Of a stretch of DNA of 64,000 bases, positions 1 through 13,795 are shown in pieces. Origin of the DNA: Ramazzottius varieornatus. Taxonomy: Eukaryota > Animalia > Tardigrada. Under the pieces are notes generated by a model. The model made no database searches and was not told the DNA's origin. It saw only the letters and a list, made by a program, of their open reading frames with translations. The position numbers and the translations under genes were made by a program. How positions within the stretch are numbered: the stretch's first letter is position 1; every line of letters begins with the position of its first letter. Where the stretch lies: contig BDGG01000007.1 of the NCBI GenBank assembly GCA_001949185.1, positions 280,201 through 344,200 on the forward strand. The letters are read 5' to 3'.

Positions 1-1347
1 TCATCAGCGGAAACCGAATATCGAACAGCGCCGCGCCCATCATTTTCCGCCGGTTCAGTGAGTTAATCTCTAGCTCCCGCCGTTCACTTTCCGAATCCGC
101 CCATCTACAAAAACACTGCTGTTCTCCTTCCCAGGCAAATACATTTTGAATAGAAGAAAAAGATCTTAGATCCTAGAAACGAGGGAAGTTCACTAACCGG
201 ACAAGGCTGTTGAAGAGCTCGAGTTCTCGCGCAGATAGTCCGTCGCGCTGAAGGACCATGCGCAACAATTGAAAGCTGATGTGATGGAACTCTTTGGTGC
301 TGATGACAGAATGGGTGCATCTGTCGATCAAGTCCAGGCACTGATCGACCAGCTCCGGCTCTTCCGATTGTTGAGCCTGAGGAAACCAAATTATTTCTGC
401 GTACAAATTGGGAGGATGGCAAACGAACTAGATCATTTTCTCAGATGGCGCATCAGTCCATTGCTATTGGCTGAAAGCTTGCGCCACTGGGGATCAAGCC
501 CATGCGCGATTCGTTCGCTGACGTCCCAACTATCATTCGGTATTATTTTCTTCTACTGGACCTGTTCGAGAACGACGAAGACATTTTCGGGTCTAGTATT
601 CTTCCGCAAGAAGTCCACACAAGCGCCTTGAAGTTGCGGCATGGTGTATTTCTTCGCGGCATACAAGGTCGGCATGACTGTCTCATCATCAATGCCACTT
701 ACGTCGTCTGTGTACACAAACCTGCCAATTACGCAGTTCACCAAAGTCAAATTTAGATTTGTGGAATGTAATATCTAGGACCGGTGCGTACATACCGTAA
801 TAGGTTCCGGAAGGCGGCGGGCTCAATGTCAGGCAGATGAACATCCTGTCCATCGGCAACCTGCCGCGTCGGTCCGAAAAACATGGTCTCGAAAACTGGG
901 CTTCCCATAGCCAGTAAAAACCTATGGAAAACATAACATTCGGAACAGTCCATTGAAAAGCTCGTGTCTATATATCGATATCGCTTACCTGTGCGCGGGT
1001 ATTTCTCGTTGCATGATGCCTTTCCCCACGATGAAAACCACGTCGCTCAAAGCTTCGTTGTTTTCCAGCAGGAACTGACTTCGGTCCAGCAAGCTCGATC
1101 GCTCGCATTGCCAGTTGGGTGTTGGAGTTCCAGGTCGAACAGCAGGTTCCGGTATTTGGAGTCCTTCCTCGGCTCCGTCACCTTCTTGGTCGGTTGAAGG
1201 GGCTTGGACAAAGACATTGTCCACTTCCTCTGTACTAACCGATCCCATGATGCGTTGCTGGCGAGGAAGTCGACCTGGAACAGAATCAACGGTGAGAAAG
1301 CCTGGAGCATCGGCTTTCAACGTGGACTTGGGCTTCTTTAGCGACAT
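1..1347 (-). CDS. BTB/POZ-BACK protein, BTBD1/2/3/6-like (multi-exon, 3' end runs off window)
   Basis: Spliced ORFs: WQ...SDVVFIVG...IPAHR / FLLAMGSPVFETMF..LPDIEPAAFRNLLR / FVYTD..TLYAAKKY..LQGACVDFL (BTB); ELELFNSLVR-WAD..IRFPLM (BACK). Confidence 0.88.
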
Positions 1348-2013
1348 TAGCGAAGCGGCAAGGAGGCATGAGGAACCTTACTGTAGAAGAAGGAGCACTG
1401 AACACGTGAGTGCATTAAGCCAAACGAGTAGATGCTGAAGCTCTGGTATCTTTTACCTGTAGTATCTTTAAAGACCTGAGTCAGCTAATCATACATCCAG
1501 GACCGTGGTTTCACGAAGGTTTGCCGACATAGCCACGATGAAGCAAACTTCCATCGGAAATGATTCGGAATCGCACCAGTTGGCGGTCTGACAAGAAGAG
1601 AAAGACTTGTACTTGCGGCTTATACTCGGTGGCTGGTTTAGTACGAAGTCGTACCTTCTTCACGTGGTATTGTACACTGTTCGGGGCTTCGAGCAGTACA
1701 TTAATTGTTGATTGAAGAGATTGCGGGCGAAAGCGCAGTACCACAGTTCGACAAGCACAAGAGCAGCATGACGTCATATTTAAATATTGTGCGACTCTTT
1801 TAACAGAGAACCTACGATACCAACTTGTTCTTATGATGTCAGGGTGTTCTTGTGAGTATCGACTTGTGCTAGTGCGCTTTCGCTCGCAATATCTGTATTA
1901 ATTAAAGTAAAATTGTGCTGCTTCGCATTCTCTAGGTTGCTCCCAGTTCTCTGATATTCCGTCCACTGTATAGCATGGAAGTTTCGCGAGTTACAATAGG
2001 GACTGTATGTAAA

Positions 2014-4003
2014 ATGGCATATCGTAGTGTTGGGCGTTCGTTTGCAGGCTGGGCAGTCCAACATCGGTTCAGAGGGAACATTTATCGATCTTCCGCTCCG
2101 TTCAGCACATCGACTTCCCTCTTCGATCCCCAGATTTTTACCGATCCCGTCGAAGCCGTGAAAGACATTCCTAATGGAGCTAGAGTTCTCGTTGGCGGTT
2201 TCGGACTATGTGGCATTCCCGAGAATCTGCTTGCTGCCCTGGTCGAGACGGGCGTGAAAGACTTGACGGTTGTCAGCGACAATGGAGGAGTGGACGACTT
2301 CGGCACTGGTATCTTACTCCAGTCCAGACAAGTGAAGAGGATGATCTGCTCGTATGTCGGGGGCAACAAAGAGTTCATGCGGCAATTCCTCCGCGGAGAA
2401 GTGGAGGTTGAGCTGACGCCACAAGGAACGCTGGCCGAGAAGCTGCGCGCTGGTGGCGCTGGCATTCCAGCCTTCTTCACTGCCACTGCTGTAGGTACGT
2501 TCCTTCATTCCTTTCCTTTCTGAACCTAGAAACATGAAAGACTGTAGCTGGCCTCTGTTATGCATTGCGATCGAAGCAGTGTATAAACTAACCCAGAGAA
2601 AGGACAACTTCCGGCGGAAACGGAAGTTTATTCAACTGGATATTCGTTATGTGAAGTCATGTCATGTTGTGTCGCGTGTAAAATTCTTGTTACGTTGTCA
2701 TGTCTTTTAGGGACGGTGGTACATTCCGGAGGAGTTCCCATAAAATATTCCCCGACGGACAAAAGCGTCACCGAGTCAAGCGCCACAAGAGAGTCAAGGC
2801 TCTTCAATGGCCGAGAATACATCCTAGAAGAAGCCATTACGGGGGACTTCGCCCTGATCAAAGCTTACAAAGCTGACAAACAAGGCAATTTGATGTTCCG
2901 CAAAGCGGCAAGAAACTTCAACCCGCCCATGTGCCGAGCGGGCAAGATCGCCATAGTGGAAGCCGAAGAGATCGTCGAAGTCGGGTAACTAAGTTTCGGC
3001 CTCGATTTTGTTCAGAGTTTAGTTTTGGTGTGTGTTTTTTAGGCAACTCGATCCAGAGGCCATACACGTTCCAGGCATCTACGTTGACCGCCTGATCAAA
3101 GGTCCAAAATACGAGAAAAGACTTCAGAAGCTGAAATTATCCAGACCGCCTGAAGCTTCTGTAAGTCCTGAGAAGTTAGCTAGTCCAGATAAAATCATGG
3201 AGGAAGTTGAAAGAGAGAGAATAGCTCGGAGAGCAGCAAAAGAATTTAAGTCTGGCATGTACATCAACTTGGGCATTGGGATCCCCGAACTTTCCATGTA
3301 CTACCTTCCCGAGAACGTTCAAGTACATATTCAGACAGAGAATGGCATACTGGGTCTCGGACCGTTCCCCGCCACGCAAGAGCAAGCCGACGCGGATGTG
3401 ATCAATCCCGGAAAGGAGACCGTGACCGTACTTCCGGGTGCTAGCTTCTTCAGCAGCGATGACTCCTTCGCCATGATCAGGGGCGGCCACATCGATCTGA
3501 CTATGCTGGGCGCTCTGCAAGTGTCCAAGAAGGGTGACATTGCTAGCTGGATGGTTCCGGGTAAACTGGTGAAAGGAATGGGTGGTGCCATGGATTTAGT
3601 CTCGGCTTCGGCGGTTGGAACCAAGGTAAGAAATTTACAATAACAACTCTGCATGCACCTGCATACACGGGCACTGCATTAAGTGTACGTCGTGGTGTAT
3701 GCAAGTGGATGGTCGGCGAGCTTGCCTGTGTGTTATTGACGTGTGGTATTTTCTCAGGTGGTGGTAACGATGAAACATACAACGGCCAGGGGGGAACCCA
3801 AAATTTTAGACGAGTGTGCTTTCCCCCTAACAGGAAAGGGAGTCGTGGACCTCATCATTACGGAAAAATGTGTGTTCAAAGTGGATCGTGAGACAGGGAA
3901 GTTGACGCTGACAGAGATTGCCGAAGGCATTGATGTGGCGGACGTTGTGGCCACCACCGACTGTGTCTTTGAGGTTGCTTCTCCCATTCTACCGATGGCA
4001 TGA
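2014..4003 (+). CDS. OXCT1: Succinyl-CoA:3-oxoacid CoA-transferase (SCOT), mitochondrial, multi-exon
   Basis: [43 protein letters not shown] (catalytic Glu), GMGGAMDLV; N-terminal Arg/Ser-rich presequence; fused A+B subunits; alternative in-frame ATG at 1975. Confidence 0.95.
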
Positions 4004-4535
4004 AGGTTTTTTTAATATGACTCTGTATTGATTTTGAAATTTCTCATTCATTCCGTGCGTTTCATGTCTTCTTCGGCCGTTGGATGGCTCAGTAAGCGTA
4101 GTTTGACTGCCTGAGCGAACTTTCGTTTTGAATTTTTAGACGGCTTCTTGGATCACCGTGGTGTTAGTTGTGGATTCAACTTCTCAAGTAAACTATTGCA
4201 AAGTACAGAAGAAAATTTTCTGGACGGAGTCTAAGTTAGTCTAATACGAGTTCGTCTTACTGCAAGAACTCCTCCTGTCATGTCATATCCCATTTCGCCA
4301 TCGCGTTAGTCATGCTTTACGTCATAGGAATCGTAATTATCGAATTTAATTGTTCATTAATTTCATTGTTCATTAATTTCAATTTTTGTAATATTTTGTT
4401 CCTGTCTTAGCATGCACTCCGATCCATGTTGGAGCTGGGATGTTTCCTGGACTTCTGATTTTTCGATGATAGGGATATTTATGTGAGTGCTGTGGCTCTG
4501 TGGGAAGACGTAAAAACGCGGTTTCGGGAATCAGA

Positions 4536-7208
4536 ATGGCAGAGCCATTACCAGCTGAAGGACGATCAAATTCCTCCACTTCTCTTGGGAGAGTCGAGAA
4601 GAAATACCCTCTACACCTTGCCGTATGGAAGAATGATGTCGCTGGACTGCGGAAACTCTGTAGCTCTCCGGTCGATAAGGTAAGAAAGAGTTTTCATGCA
4701 GGAATACTTCTACGAGTTGGTTCTTGCTTGTAGGAAATGCTGGAGAAGAAAGATCCTCGTGGACGTACACCACTCATGCTAGCCGTTTGCCTGGACCACT
4801 TCGAATGTGCCCAAATCCTTCTAGAAAGTGGAGCAACTTGTGAGAACTCTGTACGCACAGCAGACGGATGGGCAGCGGTCCACGAAGCTACATGCACAGG
4901 CGATGTCGAGTTGCTTTCCCTCATCCTCCAATATCGCGACTCTGCTCGGTCTTCCCTGACACGCGACCTGGACACTGTCATCCTAAGTCGTCTCCGTGAA
5001 GTACCCGACTTTTACGTCGAGATGAAGTGGGAGTTCTCCTCGTGGATACCTTTTGTTTCGCGACTATGTCCCAGTGATGTTTGTCGAATTTACAAGGTGA
5101 ATGATTATTTTTAGCTTGGGGGTTCTCAACACGGCTCATATAAAGAGTGTACGGCACTGGGTTGGTACAAGGTCGTGCTGGAGGCACACATGTGACCATG
5201 CAGTCTGTGCCTTGGAGCCTTGTGAGTTATCAAATTTTCAGCGATTCTGGTGCTCGATATTGTCTGTTCTTTGTCCAGAAAGGTGCCTGTGTCAGGTTAG
5301 ACACTACTCTGGTTGGTTTTGAGAATAACGCCTGGACAAGAGGTTCGAGAAGTCTGCTGTTTGTGGAGAACAACGGTGAGATGGCTTTCCACGAAGTGGA
5401 CCACGACGCTAAAGTTGTCAGAACAGAGAAAGCTGCCGCCAAGTCCAACAGAGAACCTTCCGATATCCATTCTTCCATACCGTCCGATGCGACGTTGCAG
5501 CAGAGAATGCGGACACCGGTGATGCTGACCACGATCGACGCGCAGAATATCAAGTTCGAACGGAGCAAGAGCGGATTCCTATGGAGGGCCGACAAGGTCG
5601 AGCAGATTGGGGGCCATGAATGCAAAGTCTTTCATGCGTCGAACGTGACTTTTGTCACAAGGATACGGTCGGAGCACCTCACGGAAAATGACAAGGTAAA
5701 CTGCACCATGTTTTCTGATAAATTCTCGAAAATCGGATATTTTGCTCGGTATGGGTCGATCAAATAGGAACCGCTGTACAGTTTAGTGAGGAGTCTTTGG
5801 GTGCGCCATGGTCTCTATTTCAACTAAAACCTGACTGGTCTTTCCATTGCAGAAACAACTTCGAGACGAGCTTTCAAGAAATCCCCTCAATGGGCTTCTA
5901 AGTAGTGCCAGAGGAGGCAGTACAGCAACGACGGAAGAGAATGGACCATCAGCGGACGAAGTGGTAATTCACGAAGACGCTGCCTTCAACAACGGTGCGG
6001 CAAATTTGGTACGGATTTTGTTTAAGTGTTTTTATTTCGTGCCGGGGAAGTGAAGGTTTTTTTGGTTTGTAGGAGGAACAGAAGACCTTCAACCCAAGCA
6101 CGATAAAGTGCGAAGAATACTTCTCGAGGTCTGTCGATCTGGGGGATCGAGAAATTGGTCGTCCAAAGCAGCTTTCCAAACGTCAACGGACCTTCAAAGC
6201 CAACTTGTGGCTTTGCGATGACTACCCACTGTCTTTGAAGGGGCAAGTCATGCCCATCATTGACATGATGGCATCAACCAACGCGCACTTCAAAAAGCTG
6301 CAAGACTTCATTACACTACAACTTCCGTCGGGCTTTCCAGTCAAAATAGGTAGGCTTTCGGAAACTGGAGATCGGTAAACAAGCTTCGCAAGATCGTATC
6401 CCCGACGGCGCACATTTTCCATGTCACTGGCAAAACGAGTGCGGCACTTGTAAAACTCGACAAGATTTTTTTCCCAAGTGCCGCACGTTCTCAGCATTAC
6501 TGGTCGAAAGACTGCGCCACTTGGAAGAGAACCAGCGAGATTGTTCTCCCGAGTGACGCATGTTTTTAATGCTACTGGCTGGATGTGTGCACCACTTGGG
6601 AAAAGAATGTTGTCGAGTTCCTTCAACGAGGGTCCGAATATGCTCAATAACTCACCACTAAACTCGGTAGTGCTGCTTCATTCATTTCCAAACTGAGGAG
6701 TGCTATATTTTGCAGAAATTCCGCTCTTCCATGTTTTGACGGCCAGAATAACCTTTGAGAATATCTACGGCTCGTTCACGCCAGTCGATGGTGTCATGAG
6801 CACGCCTGCTTCCGAAGACGGTTCCGTTCCTGCCGGTTGTACGGTGGACGAAAGCGTCTTCAACATCCCTCCAGACTACGAGCAAGGCGCCGCGTGGTGG
6901 CAGGACGACCTGAACATCGATTTGCAAGAAACTGATCTAGACTTGGTAGAACTTCAAGCCGACCTTGAACACATACCGTAAGACTGTTCCCTGCTTTGGA
7001 TGTTTCGTTCATTCTAACGTACATGTGTACATCCTTTATTTCAAGGAATTCGGCCTCCAACGGAAACCTTAGCGAGCACGGCGATCATCTCATTCAGAAG
7101 GCCGTACAATTATCCGTCCAAGAAGAAAACGATAAGCGAAGGGCGCAAGAGGAAGCTGAGCAGAAAGATCTCGAAGAAGCCCTTCGTCGTTCGTTGGAAG
7201 AAAAGTAA
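4536..7208 (+). CDS. ANKRD13: Ankyrin repeat domain-containing protein 13 family (ANK + GPCR-chaperone domain + C-terminal UIM-like)
   Basis: [87 protein letters not shown]. Confidence 0.92.
6365..6640. repeat. GGCGCAC-N23 palindrome family, 3-unit array (ANKRD13 intron)
   Basis: Three degenerate units at ~6402, 6475, 6549. Confidence 0.8.
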
Positions 7209-7742
7209 TATTTTGGCAGTCCTTTTTCGTTCATTTGCTCTCATGCAACACTGGTTTTTGATTTCCATTGTCCGTTCAGATTTTCGGAACTAGTTTCATC
7301 GGTGAATTTTTTCCGGAGTTCGATTTTATGAGTTTGTTATCATTATTATTTATTGAATGTGCTTTCGATATTTATTGTCCATTTTCTGAAAACTAAAACT
7401 TACGAACTGAATCAAAAGTCGATTAAGAAACGATAACAGAACGGGTTCTGTCAAGATTTAAAACTTCAAAGCATCTAAAAGACTACGAAAAAAAGCAAGA
7501 AGCTTCACCGTATACTGCACCGTACGCGACAGTGACACACCTGTGACAAAAGAGTATTATCCAGTATTTCACCACGTGTGAGCGAGACAGAAAACGTAAA
7601 GCTACGAAATAAAGGCTGTATTTGTAACAAACTGTTGTCGTATCACAGAATTGTCTCCATAAACGAAACCGAAGCTGATTACAAAAAGTATCGTCAAATT
7701 CTTTAGCGGACGTCAATAGACGTTCAAAGTTTTCTCTCGAGC

Positions 7743-10700
7743 TTACATCGCACTGTTGAGATGCTGCAAAGCCGTCCGTACTCTAAAGAAGACGCATAAT
7801 CGAATCAGAAAAATACCATTTTATCCTTTTGTTCATTTCTATTGCTTTTCGCAAAAGCAAACCAACCTTACCTTTCGAAAAGCAGCGGGTCGTCTGTACC
7901 AGACAACTTCTTCAGTTCTTTGCCGAAATTCGATTCGATCACCTTTCGTTGATTTTCACTCGAGCCTGATAAACATAAACAAATACAATTCGAAAAATTA
8001 TTTTTGCTGGCACAACAAGACGCTTTGATTTGCCTACCTGAGTGTTTATCTTCTCGTCCATTACATTCATCTCTGCAAGCCGCTAAGTTACCAATACAAA
8101 ACACGGCGCTGTTCTTGATGACCACTTCCGGATGGCTCAGTCCTTTCTTTATCACATTCAGACAGTCAGAGTTGTTCAGCACCAGCTGCTTCCCTTTGTT
8201 ACTCGCGCACACGTTCGCCAGTGCACACAAACCTTGCTCGAGCACATCCACGTCAATGTATTCAGACTGAAGAAGGGTAAGAAGGTGCAGGAGAAGGTCT
8301 TGACAGTAGCAAGACTCCATTACATCTGAAATTGAAGAAAAAAAATGGAACGTTAACGATCTGGCGAAAAAAGCCAACCAGGAGTCAACTAGAAGTGAAG
8401 ACGAAGAAGCTTACCGCGGTGGTTGTTCTCCGTTTCCGTGCTGCTGGACTGGCTGTGGACATCCCGACGGAGACGTCGCAGGATACGAGTAGCGATGTCG
8501 GGTTGACGGGGCGTGGCAGGGTATTCACCGGACGAGGAGGACGTCGGTGCGTGGAGGAGGTTGCGAAGAGTACCGACGGTGACGGCTACCACATCTTTGC
8601 TTCTGTGGTGGAGAAGGTCGTCGACGAGGGAGATGGACAGGACTTCTTCGACGTCTTTCTTGACCGAAGATGTCGCCATGTATGTCATATTCTGGAAAAG
8701 AAGTGAACCCCAACTACGACATACCGTACAATGGATATAAAGAGACGTGTCGTTTCCACATTTCTCACTGAGATTCGAAAACACTTACAAACGCTAAATT
8801 GGTATTCAGAGGACGTTCTTTGGATTTCGGCTTCTACTTCTAAGTTTCTCGTCAATTTTCAATGAATAGTCCTCCTCACGACAAGCCGTAAAACTCCGTT
8901 GATTGTGCTAATCTTGAAAGTGGATTACGAAGTTTCGCTTTCAAGATAAGCTACTCGAGGGCTGCTTATCTTGAAAGCGAAAACGGATTACTCTCTGCAC
9001 ACTTGATTCAAATTTTCAAATTCTCATCTCTCAGCTGATCTCCGTCTGCACAGTGCTTCACGTTGCGAGATACCGTTTCACGTATGGGCTTCTTGATACC
9101 TATTAGTGTCGGGGATATCGACAGACAGAGACTAGCCAGAGAGAAAACCATGAATTTCAACTTAGTCACGAGGCAAAGTTTGCCTACAAACCGACCCTGC
9201 AAAACTCGCGCATTTCCGCTCCCGTTTCCGAGACTTTCGAAAAACGCAACTTTGCCTCACTCACGACTAATTTCCGTTGATTAAGCAAACTCAAGTTTTA
9301 AAAAATGAACGGTTTGCGACATAAACAGCTCGTCGCGAGGAGGACTAATATTCGAACGTTACCATTAAAGTCCAAACGGCGTTGAGTACGACGTCATCGT
9401 TCGAGTGGACCAAAAGAGTTCCCAGCGAAGCCCAAAGACCTTTCTTGATGAGGTTCTGAAAGAAAGAGACGGCCGTACGTTGGAAAACCCCACACAAGAA
9501 TACTGAGAGATGGACGTACTAAGTGACAAGGAGAGAACTCGACGCTGACGTTAGCCAAGATGGCCGACGCTATCACAGTGACTTGTAGTCCGTGTTTGCC
9601 CTTCAGTGCCCCAAGTACCGTCTCCCAGATGTTATGGTCCTTAAAGATGGTTCTCAGTTGGTAGATGGAACGGGACATGGAGTGGAGAAGCCGAAGGGCG
9701 GCGTAGACCAGAGGAGAAGACTGCATGGCGGAGCACTTGACCACTTGCTCCATCAGCCCTTCCACATCGGCCACTCGCTTCCTGACCGACTCGCTGGTCG
9801 AAGCTAGAGATGAAAAGGCTAAGAAAGCTACACGTTTCAGTTCTTGTCCGCATTCCGTCAAGCTGACCATCTGCAACCAATTAAAGCTTTGGAATACTTG
9901 TCTTGACAAGGACCGAACACTGATAAAAACCAGTGTTCGGTCATATGGAACTTCACCTGTTTTGATCCTGATTTCTATCGAGTAGAAACCAGAGTGAAGC
10001 AACAGTACAGCAACAGTACAGCAACAGTACAGCAACAGACACAGTACCTCGGTTTCTATCTGGAACTACCGGAAGTTGATTTTCGCCTCAGCCTTACCTG
10101 ATTAGCTCGTCTTTCCTCTGCTGTCATGCGTTTCCAGTCTTCGGCAGGTGTTTTCAGGAACGCAGCGAGGCTGACTAACAGCTGGTCGGTATAAGAAGCG
10201 ATTTCTTGCAGGAAGACATCTTCGTCGACGAGGTAAGCCAGGGTTTCTGCTGCGCTCACTTTGATGTTGATAGGCTGATCTTTCCGGCAGAGCTTGGCCA
10301 AAAAGGGCAAAACCTAAACGTGAACCAATCATGGTTGTAATTCTAAGAGCTAAAAGAAGGTGAAATGTTGAATTTCTCGAAAAATGCCAAAAATCAGGAA
10401 CAAGAGTTTTACTCACCTTCGTGATGATGAAAGCGCCGTCGCAAATGGGAAAGTTCTTCCGGTAGAGAACCACGATGGCATTCAGTGCCAACAAGCGAAT
10501 CTCGGCAGTTTCTTCTGGACCGATCAGCACCAGCAGGTTTCTGCAGAAGAGTTCTTTGTACTGCAGACAGGCTTTGGTGAAGGCGGGCCTCAGTTCATTA
10601 CGCTGGACACAGGAGGAGACGAGACACAAGGCTCCTTTTTTCGCCTCGAATTGCTTGAAAGACAGCAGATCCAGGATGCATTCAATCGGCAGATTGAAGT

Positions 10701-11778
10701 CGTAAGAGTCGAGCCTGGAGGACAGAAGAAGGTTCTTTCCCAGACAAAGACTGAGCAAGTCAGGCTCAACTGCCATGAGCTCGCAGACGACTTGGCAAAT
10801 GTCAGGGGAGGAAGACATGAAGGCCAGAAGAGAACGAAGACGCTAAAAAGAAAACCCAACTCGAAGAAATATTCGATGGAAACTGAGAATGACTTTCCTT
10901 ACTTCCGGTTGAGCAGCAATGAGCTTGGTAAGTTCCTCGCGGTAGGCAGCGGAGAGAAACAGCAGACGACAGCACCGGCTAATGGCAGACAGGAGAGCAG
11001 GGTCGGAGGGCTGATGGTTGAGCATTTGGAGGAGAAGGGGAAGAAGTGAAGAACCGATGGTTCGTTCCGACGGGTTGTTGTGAAGGAAGCTGCTAAGTGT
11101 ACTGATGATTTGAACAGCGAGTTCGCTGGAGATGGTGTTGTGGTGCTCGAGGATCGAAATCAGCCTACGGTAAAAATGGAAAACATGCAGCAGCGACGAA
11201 AAGAAAGCCAACAGTGCCAAGTGCCAACTGCTCAGCTCAGACTGACGCAAGCGAACCGAGAGAAAATACAGTTCAGGTGCGCCGTTTGACCAAAGCGGAA
11301 GACCGATACGACCAATCAACAATCAGACCTGATGTCCGAATTGATTGGCTTGATTGAGCCCGTTATCTCGTAGACATTCAATCTTACCTTTGAGGAATTC
11401 CCAGCTGCACTGCGGTCGTTTTCTGAGCTCGACTGCATGTCATGACTAACCGGAGGCATCTGTAAACAGTCCAAAGATGAAGATTAGCCCCCAGAACAAG
11501 AGGCAAGTTAACAGAAAGAAGAACGTTACTTGACAGCTTCGAGGAGAACAGCCTCCTCGTGGGATGCAAGTCGTTGCATAAGTGGTTTCGCCTGATCGGG
11601 ATCCGATAACTACAAGTCAAGCCAAGGTCATGAAGTCTGCCTCACACATTTCTGGGTGAACTTAGCTTCGAAAAAACTAGACGGAGAAGGGACAAGATTC
11701 AGGAAGAAATTTCTAACTTACTTTCAGGTAGATCCCAGCTGTAAGCTTCAACTCCAACATCGCTTGGCTGGTCTCCAT
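7743..11778 (-). CDS. ARMC8: Armadillo repeat-containing protein 8 (GID5/CTLH complex), multi-exon
   Basis: AAETLAYLVDEDVFLQEIAS, LRLLHSMSRSIYQLRTIFKDH, ASAILANVSVEFSP, last exon (R)VRTALQHLNSAM*; putative first exon METSQAMLELK..; start approximate. Confidence 0.85.
8869..9345. mobile_element. MITE in ARMC8 intron (TA-flanked)
   Basis: TIRs gtcctcctcacgacaagc / gctcgtcgcgaggaggac with TA on both sides; internal perfect 19-bp-stem palindrome 8933-8982. Confidence 0.75.
9999..10040. repeat. 11-bp tandem repeat (GCAACAGTACA) about x3.5, intronic
   Basis: Seen directly. Confidence 0.85.
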
Positions 11779-12216
11779 CGTCGTTGCTTCCACCCTCAAT
11801 GCTCCCCACGTACACGACGAGTGACTTCCTCCTCTGACAGATCAAAACGTCCGTTGTTCGACGACGGAAAGAAAACTTGAGGAGATCCTTCTTCCCTAAC
11901 GAAGTGACGGTAGAGAAAATACGAAAACAAAAAATAAATCATTCGAAATTTTCGAATACGGAATTCAGTCCATGCAATCAATCAATCCGCTTTGCCTTAT
12001 TTGGTGCAATGGCACGCCACAGCGTGCTCTACAGTAGAGTATTTCGTTCACACTCCTGGAAATACAAAGGGTGGTGACCTTACACGTCACCAAGCCACTT
12101 GAGAAATAAGTGTGGTGTTTTCCCAGTGTTTTCATCTCGATCTTCTGTGAAATACACCGGAGAACAGCGCATCCACCGATTTTGACAATTCATCCGCAGG
12201 AATATTCCGTCAAGGT

Positions 12217-13795
12217 ATGGCGCGTTTGGATCCGCAGGAGAAAAGTGCTGTCGGCGACGGTGGTCTCGGAGATTTTGGACGACAGGATCGACCGCTGAAA
12301 GCGCACACATCTGATGCTGACTTCTCGGCTTCAACTCAAAGAAAAGATCTTATTCCTCAACGAAGCACCGCGAAGTTTTTGTTCTATGCGGTCGGAACAT
12401 TCGTCTCTTTCATGGTCTTTGGCATATTCCAGGAGAGGATGTGAGTAGACGAGCTTTTGACTTATTTTGGAGTAATAGTTTTAAGACGTATTACTCAAGG
12501 CCGTGTCGGGTCAGCCTTTGGTGGGCGTTACTCCGGCGTTAGCCAATCTGGACTGGACGGCTCTGCTGGTCGAGGTGTCTGATTGGAGGAGTCATTTGTT
12601 GTACTTTTTTGTTTGCAGAACTCGTGGAATTTATGGAACATCGGATCGATTCACCTACACCGCCAGCATGGTTTTTATCCAGTGCGTAATCAACGCCATT
12701 TTTGCTCGCATAGGTTTGTCCAGGTTCTCCTCAAATCTTGATGGAAAATATTTTTCTAAAGATTGTTTTGCTGCAGTAATGCGGCTGTCAAAGGAACCCA
12801 AAGATAGCACACCTCGGACCATGTACGGAATTAGTTCTTTGTCGTACTTGGGAGCCATGCTGTCTTCCAACCAAGCTCTTCAGTACGTGAGCTATCCTAC
12901 GCAGGTTAGAGAAGCTGCCGAGGACCTGAGAAATCTCGTTCAGAATTTTGATAAGGAATTCGGTGTAACAGGAGGAATGTTCCTTCCAGGTCCTCGGAAA
13001 GTCATGCAAGCCAATTCCTGTCATGGTCTTTGGCGCTCTCTTCGCCCACAAGCGATATTCCTTCCGGAAGTATCTTTTTACATTAATGATAGTGGTCGGT
13101 GTCGCCATCTTCTTTTACGAAGCTGGAAAGGGGCATTCCAAGCAGGAAATCAAGGCCATCGGATATGGCGAGGCTCTACTTGTAAGCCTTTCTGAAAACT
13201 TTCTCTGCTAGTTCTTTACGAAACATGTGTCTCTAATTTTCAGGTGTTCTCACTTTTGATGGATGGAGTTACGGGAGCGACTCAAGATCGAATGCGATCG
13301 AACCATAAAACACAGGCCAATTCCATGATGATGTGGATGAATATTTTCTCCTCTATAATTTTGCTCGCCTGTAAGGAATAGTCTCTGTCCCTGTAAGCCT
13401 TCTAAAGTATCTGCAGGACGTCCAGTTTTTCCATTGCAGATATCTCCGTAACAGGTGAAATCGTAGAGGTTGGTGATTTCATCAATAAATATCCTTACGT
13501 TCTGGAGCATTTGTTGACATTTTCGCTCTGCAGTGCGGTTGGACAGGTGAGAAGACATTACGGTGAAATTGGAAATTTTTTTTACCTTTGTTCCTTGCAG
13601 TACTTCATTTTTGCGACTGTGGCGGACTTTGGTCCTCTACCATGTTCGATCATCACAACGACGCGCAAGTTTTTTACAATACTCTTCTCGGTGATCTTCT
13701 ACAGCAACCCCATGTCGGGACCACAGTGGCTGGCCACATGTCTGGTCTTCGCCGGTCTGGTTTGCGATACTAAATACGGAAAATCGAAACACTAA
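12217..13795 (+). CDS. SLC35B1: Nucleotide-sugar/ATP transporter SLC35B1-like (UAA family)
   Basis: [72 protein letters not shown]. Confidence 0.93.

Noticed and set aside
553-555. Premature stop in the first BTB gene
   Set aside because: Falls just after a CAG|GT donor, so it is intronic
2014-4003. Bacterial horizontal origin of the CoA-transferase
   Set aside because: Fused single-chain animal-type SCOT with presequence and spliceosomal introns
10384-11049. Long antisense ORFs (also 55947-56663, 57092-57553, 61252-61653)
   Set aside because: Shadows of real genes on the opposite strand; no independent motifs
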